Below are positions 50,944 through 60,525 of a DNA stretch of 60,525 nucleotides, in pieces (position 1 is the stretch's first letter; every line of letters begins with the position of its first letter). The stretch is from positions 1 to 60,525 of the forward strand of contig CAYMBX010000001.1 in assembly GCA_964388785.1 (NCBI GenBank), in the 5' to 3' direction. The notes beneath the pieces were generated by a model. That model saw only the letters and a list, made by a program, of their open reading frames with translations, was not told where the DNA came from and ran no database searches. This DNA comes from an uncultured Gammaproteobacteria bacterium. GTDB taxonomy: Bacteria > Patescibacteriota > Patescibacteriia > UBA9934 > GWF2-40-263. The translations under genes were made by a program, and so were the position numbers.

Positions 50944-51921
50944 TCACTTCTCCCCCTTCTTCTCAACCCTCCAACATCCATCTGTTCCGCAGACCAATCG
51001 GGCATGCTTTACGGTATACCCTGCAGCCTTCTCGTGCCCACCACCCCCATGTGTGCGTGCGATCGCACTGACATCGCGCGAAGAAGAACGCATACTCACT
51101 TTGACATGTCCATCCGAGGTTTCGCGCAGGACATATAAGGTATCCGTATCAGTCACCAAACTCAAAAAATTAGACAAGCCTTCCATTTCCTCGTCGCCAA
51201 TTTGATGTTCATTGATATCTTTGCGTGTAATACAAGTGACGACACAGTCATAATCCGGGTGATGATGCAGGCGTTCAAGTGCAGCTCCCCATACACGCAA
51301 AACCGGCACTGAACGGTTTTTGAACATGGTGCGAATCACGCTTTGTGCACGCGCTCCGCACAGGACAAGCTCGGAGGCAACCTGAAGCGCTCGATCGTTT
51401 GTTGCGGAATTAGAAAAGGCTGTTGTGTCATAGCATAAACCAGTCAAAAGGCATGTGGCCGCCTCACGGCTCGGAATGAGTCTGTTTGACTCGTAAAAAC
51501 GATAGACAACTTCCGCGGTCGCGGGCGATTCCGGCACGACCATGTTCACATGCCCGTAATGCGGGTTAGTCTTGTGGTGATCAATGTTGATGACGCGTGG
51601 CGAAGATGGGCACATGGAAACAAGGCGTTCAACATATGCGCCATCCGAGCAATCAAACACCACCACCAAATCAATGGTCGGATCAAGAAAGATGCCCGCA
51701 TCTTGCGTGCAGACATCGATATGGGGAAGATGCCGATAGACGTCCGGTATCTCCGCACTCACGTACACACGAGGACGCGCCCGTTCGTGCTGTTTGAGGA
51801 TATCGACAAACGCGAGCGAGGAACCGAGACTGTCTCCATCAATCCGCTCATCGCATACAAAAACCGGACGCTTCGCGGCGAGCAATTCTTCATAAATTTG
51901 CTTGTGCTGAAGACCATCCAT
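50944..51921 (-). CDS. DHH-family phosphoesterase (NrnA-like oligoribonuclease/pAp phosphatase)
   Basis: DGDSLGS, NIDHHKTN and a C-terminal GGGHEKAAG (DHHA1). Start at ATG 51921. Confidence 0.8.
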   Translation of the reverse strand: MDGLQHKQIYEELLAAKRPVFVCDERIDGDSLGSSLAFVDILKQHERARPRVYVSAEIPDVYRHLPHIDVCTQDAGIFLDPTIDLVVVFDCSDGAYVERLVSMCPSSPRVINIDHHKTNPHYGHVNMVVPESPATAEVVYRFYESNRLIPSREAATCLLTGLCYDTTAFSNSATNDRALQVASELVLCGARAQSVIRTMFKNRSVPVLRVWGAALERLHHHPDYDCVVTCITRKDINEHQIGDEEMEGLSNFLSLVTDTDTLYVLRETSDGHVKVSMRSSSRDVSAIARTHGGGGHEKAAGYTVKHARLVCGTDGCWRVEKKGEK

Positions 51922-52003
51922 AGCCGCCCATCCTACTAAAACCAACGGGGTGCGTCAATCGTGATATACTTTGTATACTCTATCAAAACCTACATCCTGA
52001 CAT

Positions 52004-52048
52004 GGTCACATGGCTCGTTCGAGTGCTCGCAGAACGAGCCATGTGACC
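52004..52048. repeat. REP-like hairpin, family 1, second copy (inverted orientation)
   Basis: GGTCACATGGCTCGTTC-gagtgctcgca-GAACGAGCCATGTGACC, a perfect 17-bp stem, just upstream of smc. Confidence 0.8.
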
Positions 52049-52077
52049 CACCAAACGTTGGTCTACCACAACCCCCT

Positions 52078-54270
52078 ATGCACCTCGAGCGACTCGAAAT
52101 TCAAGGCTTTAAAACGTTTGCCAAAAAAACCGTCCTCACCTTCCTTTCGCCCCGCGACCATCGTTTCCCGCTCACCGCAATTGTTGGTCCAAACGGATCC
52201 GGAAAATCCAATACGGCTGATGCAATTCGCTGGGTTCTTGGAGAACAAAGTTTGAAATTGTTGCGTGGCAAACAATCAGATGACGTCATTTTTTCCGGAT
52301 CAGAAGGCAAGGTACGCGCCGGCTTCGCGGAAGTTTCCATGACACTCAATAACGAGGATCGTGCCATGCCGATCGAGTACGCCCGCGTGGTCATCACCCG
52401 TCGGTTGTATCGCGACGGCACATCCGAATATCTTCTCAATGAAGCAATGGTGCGTCTCGCGGATATTCAACTTCTACTCGCGCAAGCGAATATCGGACAA
52501 CGATCCTATTCGGTTGTTGGCCAGGGAATGATCGACCATATCCTTGTTGCCTCACCGGAGGAGCGGAAATCTTTCTTTGATGACGCAACGGGAGTGAAGC
52601 AATTTCAGATCAAGCGCCACGAGGCCATGCTGAAACTCAAACGGACACTGGAAAATCTCGCGGACGTGGAAATGGTCCTCAAAGAAATCGAACCGCGCAT
52701 GCGCTCGCTTAAACGCCAAGTTTCTCGGCTTGAACAACGCGAAGAAGTTGAACAAGAATTGCGAAAACTCGAACGCCATTATTACGGAAGCCTTTGGTGG
52801 CAACTCGCCGACCAAAGAAACGAGGTTGATAAACAATTGGCGCAAGCGGACAAAAAAATCGAAGAAGTAAAATCGGAAGTGGCTGTCCTGGATGAAAAAA
52901 CACGCGCAGTTGAAGATGCGGACACAAAAGACGAAGGGCTTCTTGCCCTTCAGGCGTCCTATCGTGAACTCCAGAAAGCGCGGGACAACATTCGGCGCAA
53001 ACAATTCGAAGCGGAAAAAAACATTGAACTCGCAAAGGTGAAAGCACAGTCGAATTGGGCGCCGCTGCCGCTGTCGAAAATCATTGAGGAGGTGAAGAAT
53101 ATAAAAGAGAAACTGGAGAAGTTAAAGAAGCTGAAAAAGTTGGAAGAGGCAACAGAAGAAATTGAAAAGGCATTCGCTCATTCGGTCACGCTCCTTTCAC
53201 GACTCGAACGTCCGAATCCTGAAGATATCAAACCGGACCCTGCCCTTGTTGCCGAATTGCACGAGCTGAAAAAAACCGAAACATTGTTCGATCATCAGCT
53301 GAAGGATTTGGAAAAACAGATCGACTCCCATGCGACCAAAGAACAGAAAGTGCGTACGGAACTCATCGAGATTCAACGCGCGCTACGCGCCAAGCAGCAA
53401 GAGCTGCACGGGCTTGAGCAAGAAAAAAACGGGTATGACATCGAGTGTGCACGACTCGAGGAACGCACTCAGGCGCTGCAACGAGAGATGGATGAATTCA
53501 TGAAAGAGGAGGGTGCGGAAGTGAGAAACGTGAAAGAGACGGGAAAGGTCGGAGAGGAAACATATGCCGAAATCCAACGGTTGCGGTATAAACTGGAACT
53601 CATCGGCGGAATTGATCCGGAAATAATCAAAGAGTACGAGGAGACGAAACAACGATTCGAATTTCTGGATGGGCAAGTGACGGATTTGCAAAAAGCGATC
53701 CGATCCACCGAAAAAATCATCATCGAGCTGGATGAGAAAATTGAGAAGCAATCACGAAAGGTCTTCAACGACATCAACAAACGGTTCCAGCATTATTTCA
53801 AAATTCTGTTTGGCGGCGGCAGCTGTGAGCTCGTGAAGGTTTCCAGCACTGTCATCCCGACTGAGTCCCAACCAGAATCTCTCGATACGCTCGAGAGGAC
53901 AAAAAATGAAGGCATCGACATTCAAGCAACCCCGCCCGGCAAGCGCATGAAGGCGCTGAACCTACTCTCGGGAGGCGAACGTGCACTCACCTCAATCGCG
54001 CTTCTGTCTGCCATCATGGATGTGAATCCTTCTCCGTTTGTCGTGCTCGACGAGGTGGACGCCGCACTCGATGAGGCAAACACGATCCGCTTCGCAGCCA
54101 TTCTTGATGAGCTCGCACAGAAAAGTCAATTCATCATCATCACGCATAACCGCGCAACCATGGAAAAAGCCGATATTCTCTATGGGGTCACAATGGGAGA
54201 CGATGGGATTTCAAATCTCCTAAGCGTTCATTTGGAGGATATTGCACAAGGTGGAACGGCCAGACGATAA
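52078..54270 (+). CDS. smc: SMC-family chromosome segregation ATPase (short, about 730 aa)
   Basis: FKTFAKKT...IVGPNGSGKSN Walker A, long coiled coil, C-terminal LSGGERALTSIALL and VLDEVDAALD. Confidence 0.9.
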   Translation: MHLERLEIQGFKTFAKKTVLTFLSPRDHRFPLTAIVGPNGSGKSNTADAIRWVLGEQSLKLLRGKQSDDVIFSGSEGKVRAGFAEVSMTLNNEDRAMPIEYARVVITRRLYRDGTSEYLLNEAMVRLADIQLLLAQANIGQRSYSVVGQGMIDHILVASPEERKSFFDDATGVKQFQIKRHEAMLKLKRTLENLADVEMVLKEIEPRMRSLKRQVSRLEQREEVEQELRKLERHYYGSLWWQLADQRNEVDKQLAQADKKIEEVKSEVAVLDEKTRAVEDADTKDEGLLALQASYRELQKARDNIRRKQFEAEKNIELAKVKAQSNWAPLPLSKIIEEVKNIKEKLEKLKKLKKLEEATEEIEKAFAHSVTLLSRLERPNPEDIKPDPALVAELHELKKTETLFDHQLKDLEKQIDSHATKEQKVRTELIEIQRALRAKQQELHGLEQEKNGYDIECARLEERTQALQREMDEFMKEEGAEVRNVKETGKVGEETYAEIQRLRYKLELIGGIDPEIIKEYEETKQRFEFLDGQVTDLQKAIRSTEKIIIELDEKIEKQSRKVFNDINKRFQHYFKILFGGGSCELVKVSSTVIPTESQPESLDTLERTKNEGIDIQATPPGKRMKALNLLSGGERALTSIALLSAIMDVNPSPFVVLDEVDAALDEANTIRFAAILDELAQKSQFIIITHNRATMEKADILYGVTMGDDGISNLLSVHLEDIAQGGTARR

Positions 54271-54289
54271 AAAAACAGGCGCAAACCTG

Positions 54290-54502
54290 TTAGGTAAAGA
54301 CAAAGGACAAGCAGAGTGTTGCAAGGACGGCATAAGCCGCCAGCAGGATGGGGAGGATCAGTTTCGCACGCCAATCAAGTTCGTTGTGCATTTCCAAATA
54401 CGCAGAGCCGCCGCAGAGGAAGCCGATCACGAATCCGACGCCCAGAAGAAACATGAAGACAGAGAGAAACGCGAGGAAGATGTTGAAAAGGCATGCAGCC
54501 AT
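54290..54502 (-). CDS. Small membrane protein
   Basis: 70 aa from ATG 54502, with GGAGG Shine-Dalgarno 6 nt upstream. Two hydrophobic helices. Confidence 0.5.
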   Translation of the reverse strand: MAACLFNIFLAFLSVFMFLLGVGFVIGFLCGGSAYLEMHNELDWRAKLILPILLAAYAVLATLCLSFVFT

Positions 54503-54545
54503 GAAGCACCTCCAAGAAACAAAAATGTACCTGAATCCAAAAAAC

Positions 54546-54572
54546 AAAACAACCCCGCCGTGGGGTTGTTTT
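54546..54572. terminator. Bidirectional terminator
   Basis: AAAACAACCCC-gccgt-GGGGTTGTTTT. Confidence 0.8.
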
Positions 54573-54677
54573 GATTCCTGAACGTTCGATGTTTCTCAAA
54601 GGCTCGGGATTGTTGCCAAGAAGCGTAACTTGGCGAGGTGGGATCCGATCAAATGACCGGACGCTTTTTGTGATCGA

Positions 54678-55244
54678 CTAGTAGCCGACCGTGGCGACGA
54701 CCTTACCGGGCTTGACCTCCACGGTCTGCAGCACCAGCTTCGCCGCCCGCTCCTTGAGGGAGCTCTCCTTGAATGTGTAGACCGGAATGTTCGGTGTCAT
54801 CTTGTCGAGCGTCCCTTGCACGTAGTCGGTGACCATCTTCATGGCGAACTGCGGCACGCCGTCGAGCGTGATGTCGGCGATGCGCAGCTCGCTCAAGTAG
54901 AAGGTTCCGTTCTCCGGCCGGTACGCCAACTTGCCCGTCGAGGTCAGACTGCCCGTACCCGTGCGGCCGTAGGCGGAGACCTTCAGATCGACCTTCAGGC
55001 CGACCCGATTGCCTTCCTCCTCGAGCAGCACCTTCGGGTTGTTGAACACGACGGTGTCCCCGAACTGCCCGTTCTCGTCGACGTACCTCTCCACGCGCTG
55101 CTGAATGTCCTCCTTGCTGAACTCCACCTTGGTGGTGAAGCCGCGGAGCGAGTACCACAGCACGAGACCGACGACGGAACCAGCCATGAGGAACCCGAGC
55201 ACTCTGAACACCCGGCCACTGACGACGAAACGAAACTCTCGCAT
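54678..55244 (-). CDS. Membrane-anchored hypothetical protein (possibly DUF1439-like)
   Basis: ATG 55244 after GGGAGAAGG. One N-terminal helix followed by a beta-rich domain. High GC. Confidence 0.5.
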   Translation of the reverse strand: MREFRFVVSGRVFRVLGFLMAGSVVGLVLWYSLRGFTTKVEFSKEDIQQRVERYVDENGQFGDTVVFNNPKVLLEEEGNRVGLKVDLKVSAYGRTGTGSLTSTGKLAYRPENGTFYLSELRIADITLDGVPQFAMKMVTDYVQGTLDKMTPNIPVYTFKESSLKERAAKLVLQTVEVKPGKVVATVGY

Positions 55245-55414
55245 TTTAGAAGCCTTCTCCCATGTTTGCGACATCGGCGTCGCGGGCGCATGGGGCCCAC
55301 TCTTTGAGGTTTCCCTCGCCTGAAGGTTCGATCTTCATCGAGCACTCAGGTGAAGCCCGATGGACGATCGGGCAGTTGTTGATGCACAGCGCGTGTCCGG
55401 CGCACTGTGTGAGT

Positions 55415-55693
55415 CTAGAACCCGATCACCAGGATGTCGACGATCACGACCTCAACGTACTCCATGAAGAGGAACGTGCCGTCCGACAACAGCGCGAAGC
55501 CGTTGCTCGGAACCTCGCCGTCGGGCGGTGTGTCTCCATTCCAGTCGGGGTGCACGTCCATGTCCCAGACGAACACGGTCTGTCCGTCAGTCGAGAACAG
55601 GAATCGGTCCGTCCCGTCCATCTGGTTCGGCGTGATCTGAACCGTCTCGAGACCGGACTCTCCCAAGATCGTAATAGCTACGAAGCTCTGCAT
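55415..55693 (-). CDS. Small hypothetical protein
   Basis: ATG 55693 after GAGGAG. 92 aa, high GC. Confidence 0.45.
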   Translation of the reverse strand: MQSFVAITILGESGLETVQITPNQMDGTDRFLFSTDGQTVFVWDMDVHPDWNGDTPPDGEVPSNGFALLSDGTFLFMEYVEVVIVDILVIGF

Positions 55694-55812
55694 GAGATTC
55701 TCCTCACTGTTCACCTCCCATATTGGGGAGGGTGCCTGGTACACCACTTCACAAAAAAGACCGATTACTAAATACTTCGCTGGGAAATACCCAATAATCG
55801 GTCTTAAACCTC

Positions 55813-55875
55813 GTATTGCCTTCGATCCCGCTAAGCGGGACTAACCCAGCTCAGCTGGGCAAGCTCAGGCAATAC
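55813..55875. repeat. Three-way nested hairpin element (outer GTATTGCC/GGCAATAC; inner TCCCGC-taa-GCGGGA and CCCAGCT-c-AGCTGGG)
   Basis: Read directly. No tRNA-like T-loop. Confidence 0.6.
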
Positions 55876-56025
55876 TGCAGTTTGGCACTCTCTCCCAAGA
55901 GTTTCTTTTACTGTATTGTACGCAAACTAAGATACCATATTTTAACACTTTTGTCAAGATATTTTGACAATTTTTATACTAAAATAAGCGAAAAACAAAA
56001 ATTGTTCTCGAAGAACAAACAGGCG

Positions 56026-56054
56026 TTGACAAGTGATACGTCATCCTGTACGAT
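56026..56054 (+). promoter_or_regulatory. rpsP promoter TTGACA-N17-TACGAT
   Basis: Consensus -35 box and 17-nt spacer, about 64-nt leader. Confidence 0.65.
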
Positions 56055-56117
56055 CAGCGCACCGTCAAAACGCTCGATAATTCATACCTCTCGACCAGCT
56101 CGAGGTATAACGAGATT

Positions 56118-56531
56118 ATGTTAACCATTCGATTCTCACGCGTTGGGAAGAAAAAGGCGCCGGTCTATCGCATCGTCGTCATGCCAAAACACAAAGACCC
56201 ATGGGCTCCTTCTACGGAAATCCTCGGGCACTACAACCCGCGCAAACAACCGAAAGAATTCGTTGTGAATGTTGACCGGGTCAAATACTGGCTCTCCAAA
56301 GGAGCGGAAGCGAGCGACTCTGTTTGGAACCTCTTGATTGAACAAAAGGTCGTGGAAGGAAAAAAACGCTCGGTCACGAACATCAGCAAAGTACGCGCCG
56401 GTAAACTCGAAACAAAAGCCGCGGAAGCCAAGGCGAAAGCCGAAGAAGCCGCTGCGAAAGCCAAGGAAGCTGAAGCGCCTGCCGAAGAACCAAAAGCTGA
56501 GGAACCAAAACCAGAAGAACCCGCCGCATAA
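56118..56531 (+). CDS. rpsP: 30S ribosomal protein S16 with Lys/Ala/Glu-rich C-terminal extension
   Basis: MLTIRFSRVGKKKAPVYRIVV...GHYNPR. Confidence 0.95.
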   Translation: MLTIRFSRVGKKKAPVYRIVVMPKHKDPWAPSTEILGHYNPRKQPKEFVVNVDRVKYWLSKGAEASDSVWNLLIEQKVVEGKKRSVTNISKVRAGKLETKAAEAKAKAEEAAAKAKEAEAPAEEPKAEEPKPEEPAA

Positions 56532-56616
56532 CGGCGAGTTCTTTATTTTTGAAACGATTGCTTGACAACGAAGAAAAAATAAGGAACTCTCTGTTGCCTG
56601 GAGGCAGGAGGAACAC

Positions 56617-57372
56617 ATGGCTTTTGCTCCCGCTCGCATTATCCTGACGCGTGTTCAGCGTCAGATTCTCGTCGATCTCGATCGCATGGCAATGGCACTT
56701 AACTCCGATGACTCGGTCCCCTTCGCTCTGGCTCGGTTCGTGGCAAGTCGACACGGAACCATCCATGCACATCGGGTCCTGATCGGACTATGTCAGAACG
56801 GATTTCTTCGTCCGAACCACCGTGACGAGTGCTACATCCTCACCGACAAGCCCGTTCCGCCGGAGCGGGAGTGTCCGAGGACAAGCGTTCCTGTTGCGAC
56901 ACTTGACGTCTCTTTCTTCGAACAGGTGGCCGCGAAATGGATCTCCGGCGATCGCGCGGTCGAAACGTACCTCGTCCGAGACGACGACCCGGAGTCAACG
57001 CGCTCAAGCGTGAGTGAACAGTCGATCGAACGTACACTCACCAAGGCGCGGATCGCGGTAAACGGGAGTACGAGTGCCGCAACGCCATGGGGGACAATCA
57101 TGGCCGATCATCTCCTCCTTGAGGAGCTCAATGGCGGCGGACTCATCGGTCCACAGTCTGTTCGTCTGATCGCCATGCACTACCCTCACTTGGGAGCACC
57201 ACAGAGCAAGCAGACCGCGATGCGCGCCGAAGGTGTGCTCGATACAACAAGAAAAGCGGGCCTCAAGGGCGGCCTCTGGTCTGTCAGTGATCTGGCTGCG
57301 CACGTCATCGCGCGTCTGCGGATCCAACCGTCGCTCACCCCCGATCAAGCTCGTGCATTCTTGGACTCCTGA
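56617..57372 (+). CDS. Hypothetical protein (high-GC orphan, possible N-terminal wHTH)
   Basis: AGGAGG Shine-Dalgarno 5 nt before the ATG. 251 aa. Its 3' end overlaps the convergent trmD 3' end by 28 nt. Confidence 0.55.
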   Translation: MAFAPARIILTRVQRQILVDLDRMAMALNSDDSVPFALARFVASRHGTIHAHRVLIGLCQNGFLRPNHRDECYILTDKPVPPERECPRTSVPVATLDVSFFEQVAAKWISGDRAVETYLVRDDDPESTRSSVSEQSIERTLTKARIAVNGSTSAATPWGTIMADHLLLEELNGGGLIGPQSVRLIAMHYPHLGAPQSKQTAMRAEGVLDTTRKAGLKGGLWSVSDLAAHVIARLRIQPSLTPDQARAFLDS

Positions 57373-58070
57373 ACGTCATCGCCACCGACCTTGTGGCGAT
57401 TTTTATTTTTCCACTCGTCTATCTTTTTGTGATCTCCGGAAAGCAGCACTTCCGGCACCTTCCATTTTTTATAAATCTCCGGTTTTGTGTACTGTGGATA
57501 TTCAAGCACCCCTTCTTCATCATGCGATTCACTTTCAAGCGATTCTTTTGATCCGAGCACTCCGGGCACCATGCGCGCGATCGCATCAATCATCACGAGC
57601 GCGGGCAGTTCCCCGCCGGTCAAAACATAATTCCCAATCGAAAACACTTCATCCGCAACATGTTCTTCCACACGATGATCGACGCCTTCATACCGGCCGC
57701 AAACAAAAATCAACTGATCATACTTTGCAAGCCGCCGTGCATCTTTTTGGGTAAAACGTTTTCCCGAAGCCGCTGTCAAAATGACACGTGTGCGAGGTCT
57801 GGGACCCCCCCCTGTTTTTTTGCGAATGGATGCAATCGCTCTCTCTATCGGTTCCACCTTCATGAGCATTCCCGGTCCACCACCGTAAGGTGTGTCATCC
57901 ACTTTTTGATGGCGGTCTGTCGACCAGTCGCGCAAATTATGTGCAGTGATTTTCAACAACTTTTTCTTTTGCGCCCGACCCAAAATCGACGCGTCTGTGT
58001 AAGGCGTAAGCGTTTCTGGAAAGATGGTGAGAATATCAAATTGTCGTCGTTTGGCCTTGGTCATAAACAA
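57345..58070 (-). CDS. trmD: tRNA (guanine37-N1)-methyltransferase
   Basis: FDILTIFPE, DDTPYGGGPGM, CGRYEGVDHRV and SIGNYVLTGGELPA. Confidence 0.95.
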   Translation of the reverse strand: MFMTKAKRRQFDILTIFPETLTPYTDASILGRAQKKKLLKITAHNLRDWSTDRHQKVDDTPYGGGPGMLMKVEPIERAIASIRKKTGGGPRPRTRVILTAASGKRFTQKDARRLAKYDQLIFVCGRYEGVDHRVEEHVADEVFSIGNYVLTGGELPALVMIDAIARMVPGVLGSKESLESESHDEEGVLEYPQYTKPEIYKKWKVPEVLLSGDHKKIDEWKNKNRHKVGGDDVQESKNARA

Positions 58071-58111
58071 AATCAGCTACGCGTTAGCATAGCTGATTTT
58101 TATTCTTTTAT

Positions 58112-58450
58112 CTAGATTCCGAGGTCATCTACAGAGGCTTCGTCCGCGCTTGAAGCATAGGCTGGCGCTTCCGAGCGTGGGCGTGGACCGCGGGATCCTT
58201 CCGGCTCATAGATCTTCAAGTTGACGCGTGCATTTTCCTTTGCGCCGACGATCTTGAGCAGGGTGCGAACCGCGCGGGCTGTTTGGCCTTGGCGACCAAT
58301 GACGTAACCCATGTCCTCCGGATTGATGTGGAGGGTGATGAGCACGCCGCGCTCGTCGACGATACGTTCGGTGCGGACATCACTTGGATGATTGACGATC
58401 GCGCGCACGACGTATTCGACGAACTCTTGGTCGAACTGTTTGTCTGCCAT
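58112..58450 (-). CDS. KH-domain RNA-binding protein (YlqC/UPF0109 type)
   Basis: VIGRQGQTARAVRTLL GxxG KH motif. Sits next to trmD as in the conserved rpsP-KH-rimM-trmD neighbourhood. Confidence 0.85.
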   Translation of the reverse strand: MADKQFDQEFVEYVVRAIVNHPSDVRTERIVDERGVLITLHINPEDMGYVIGRQGQTARAVRTLLKIVGAKENARVNLKIYEPEGSRGPRPRSEAPAYASSADEASVDDLGI

Positions 58451-58578
58451 ATCAGTTTCAACAATTTACAATTCGTTTCTGATCTCTGTACGTCTGTCGA
58501 CCAAACGCGCAGAGCGCGTCAGACAGAGACACAGAACACAAGAAAGGATACGAAAAAAATTACGTCTTGTCAATCGAC

Positions 58579-59100
58579 TTAGGCGGCTCTTGTTTGTTGA
58601 TACGGACGCCGAGTCGCCTTCTGATAAAATTGTTCGAGTGCCCGTGTGGCAACGTCTTTTGCTTTTAATCCATTGACGCCCTGAAGAAAAAATTCCGTTC
58701 CTCTGCGATCCCGCAAAAAATCCTCCACCATTTTTGGATCACGCAACCGTTCGAGCACTTTTCCCAACTCCGGTTGTGAAAATTTCCAAGAGAGAAGATT
58801 TGAGGTCATCTCTGCGAGCAACTGATTAGCATCTTCCATTTTTTCTCGTTGCTGACGCTCTCCTACAGCCATGCTCGGTTGTGTATGTGCACGTTCCGGA
58901 GCCGGTGCCTGAGAGCGTTTCGCTTCTGTAGACTCGAGTGCCGCCAGTTCAGCCTCAAGTCCCCTCCGCCTTTCAATGGCAGCGAGACCTTTTTGGCTAT
59001 TCTTTCCAAACGTGGCGGTGACTTCGTTTGCTTGGTCAATCAAATCTTTTAGCTCTTCCGCGCTCCGAGGCGCCTCTGCGCGTCCTGTTTCTTTATGCAT
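58579..59100 (-). CDS. Hypothetical protein
   Basis: 173-aa helical, charged ORF. No motif recognised. Confidence 0.5.
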   Translation of the reverse strand: MHKETGRAEAPRSAEELKDLIDQANEVTATFGKNSQKGLAAIERRRGLEAELAALESTEAKRSQAPAPERAHTQPSMAVGERQQREKMEDANQLLAEMTSNLLSWKFSQPELGKVLERLRDPKMVEDFLRDRRGTEFFLQGVNGLKAKDVATRALEQFYQKATRRPYQQTRAA

Positions 59101-59167
59101 ATAATTATGAACAATTTAGCACAAAAACGAGAAAAAATCAAGTCGAAGCTATCCCCTACTTAAGGCC

Positions 59168-59196
59168 TTGACAGCATTTCAAACCTTTTATAAAAT
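59168..59196 (+). promoter_or_regulatory. rRNA operon promoter TTGACA-N17-TAAAAT
   Basis: Consensus boxes about 160 nt upstream of the 16S 5' end. Leader hairpin TCACACAA...TTGTGTGA at about 59258-59290. Confidence 0.65.
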
Positions 59197-59355
59197 GCGA
59201 CCGCTACTTGTCAGAAGCACCCAAATTTGACGAGAAGTTCATTCACAACTGAAGAGATCACACAAGAATCAACTTCTCTATTGTGTGATTGCAACGTTTG
59301 TTCCAATAGCAGAACTTCGGTTCTGCACAACACAGAGTCTTGATTACTCAAGATT

Positions 59356-60525
<1,170 letters not shown>

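Noticed and set aside
56430-56531. Repetitive Lys/Ala/Glu/Pro tail of S16 as a possible DNA repeat element.
   Set aside because: It is an in-frame, low-complexity C-terminal extension of rpsP, not an independent repeat.

Overview
This is a 60.5-kb chromosomal window from a small-genome bacterium that looks CPR/Patescibacteria-like. It uses the standard code (TGA is used as a stop). A partial 16S rRNA gene runs off the right edge and a PilB/GspE ATPase gene is truncated at the left edge. I call about 65 protein genes, one tRNA-Glu(UUC), many rho-independent terminators, several TTGACA-N17-TAnnnT promoters and several families of REP-like hairpins. No CRISPR array, transposase, integrase or prophage genes were recognised.

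Housekeeping content: tsaE/tsaD, clpP, smc, rpsP, trmD plus a KH protein, ribE/ribH, coaB/coaC, an ABC-F ATPase, Hsp20, VanW, an NrnA-like DHH phosphoesterase, two TrmB-type regulators and two MFS transporters.

The dominant non-obvious property is a mosaic. Roughly a dozen gene-bounded blocks are visibly high in GC (about 58-65% by eye), and nearly every gene in them has a strong GGAGG-type Shine-Dalgarno sequence. They sit in a lower-GC background (about 35-52%) whose genes mostly lack a Shine-Dalgarno sequence or look almost leaderless.

The high-GC blocks carry:
- an NAD salvage / ADP-ribose recycling island (nadD-like, ADP-ribosylglycohydrolase, pncB, nadE, two Nudix genes) next to a low-GC NrtR-type regulator;
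- a PP2C phosphatase / 648-aa Ser/Thr kinase / small-protein operon;
- an Rnl1-like RNA ligase divergent from a two-gene operon whose second ORF is split by a perfect 44-bp palindrome;
- a PPCS-like/class II aldolase fusion gene;
- an amidohydrolase-coaB-coaC operon;
- several orphan genes.

The most interesting lead is a 25-26-bp palindrome (ACTTAGTGT-N7/8-ACACTAAGT) that wraps the -10 box of three promoters: nrtR itself, the NAD island, and, 31 kb away, the PP2C-kinase operon. This suggests one ADP-ribose/NAD-responsive regulon that includes a phospho-signalling module.

All functional calls come from motif recognition by eye. No database search was possible.
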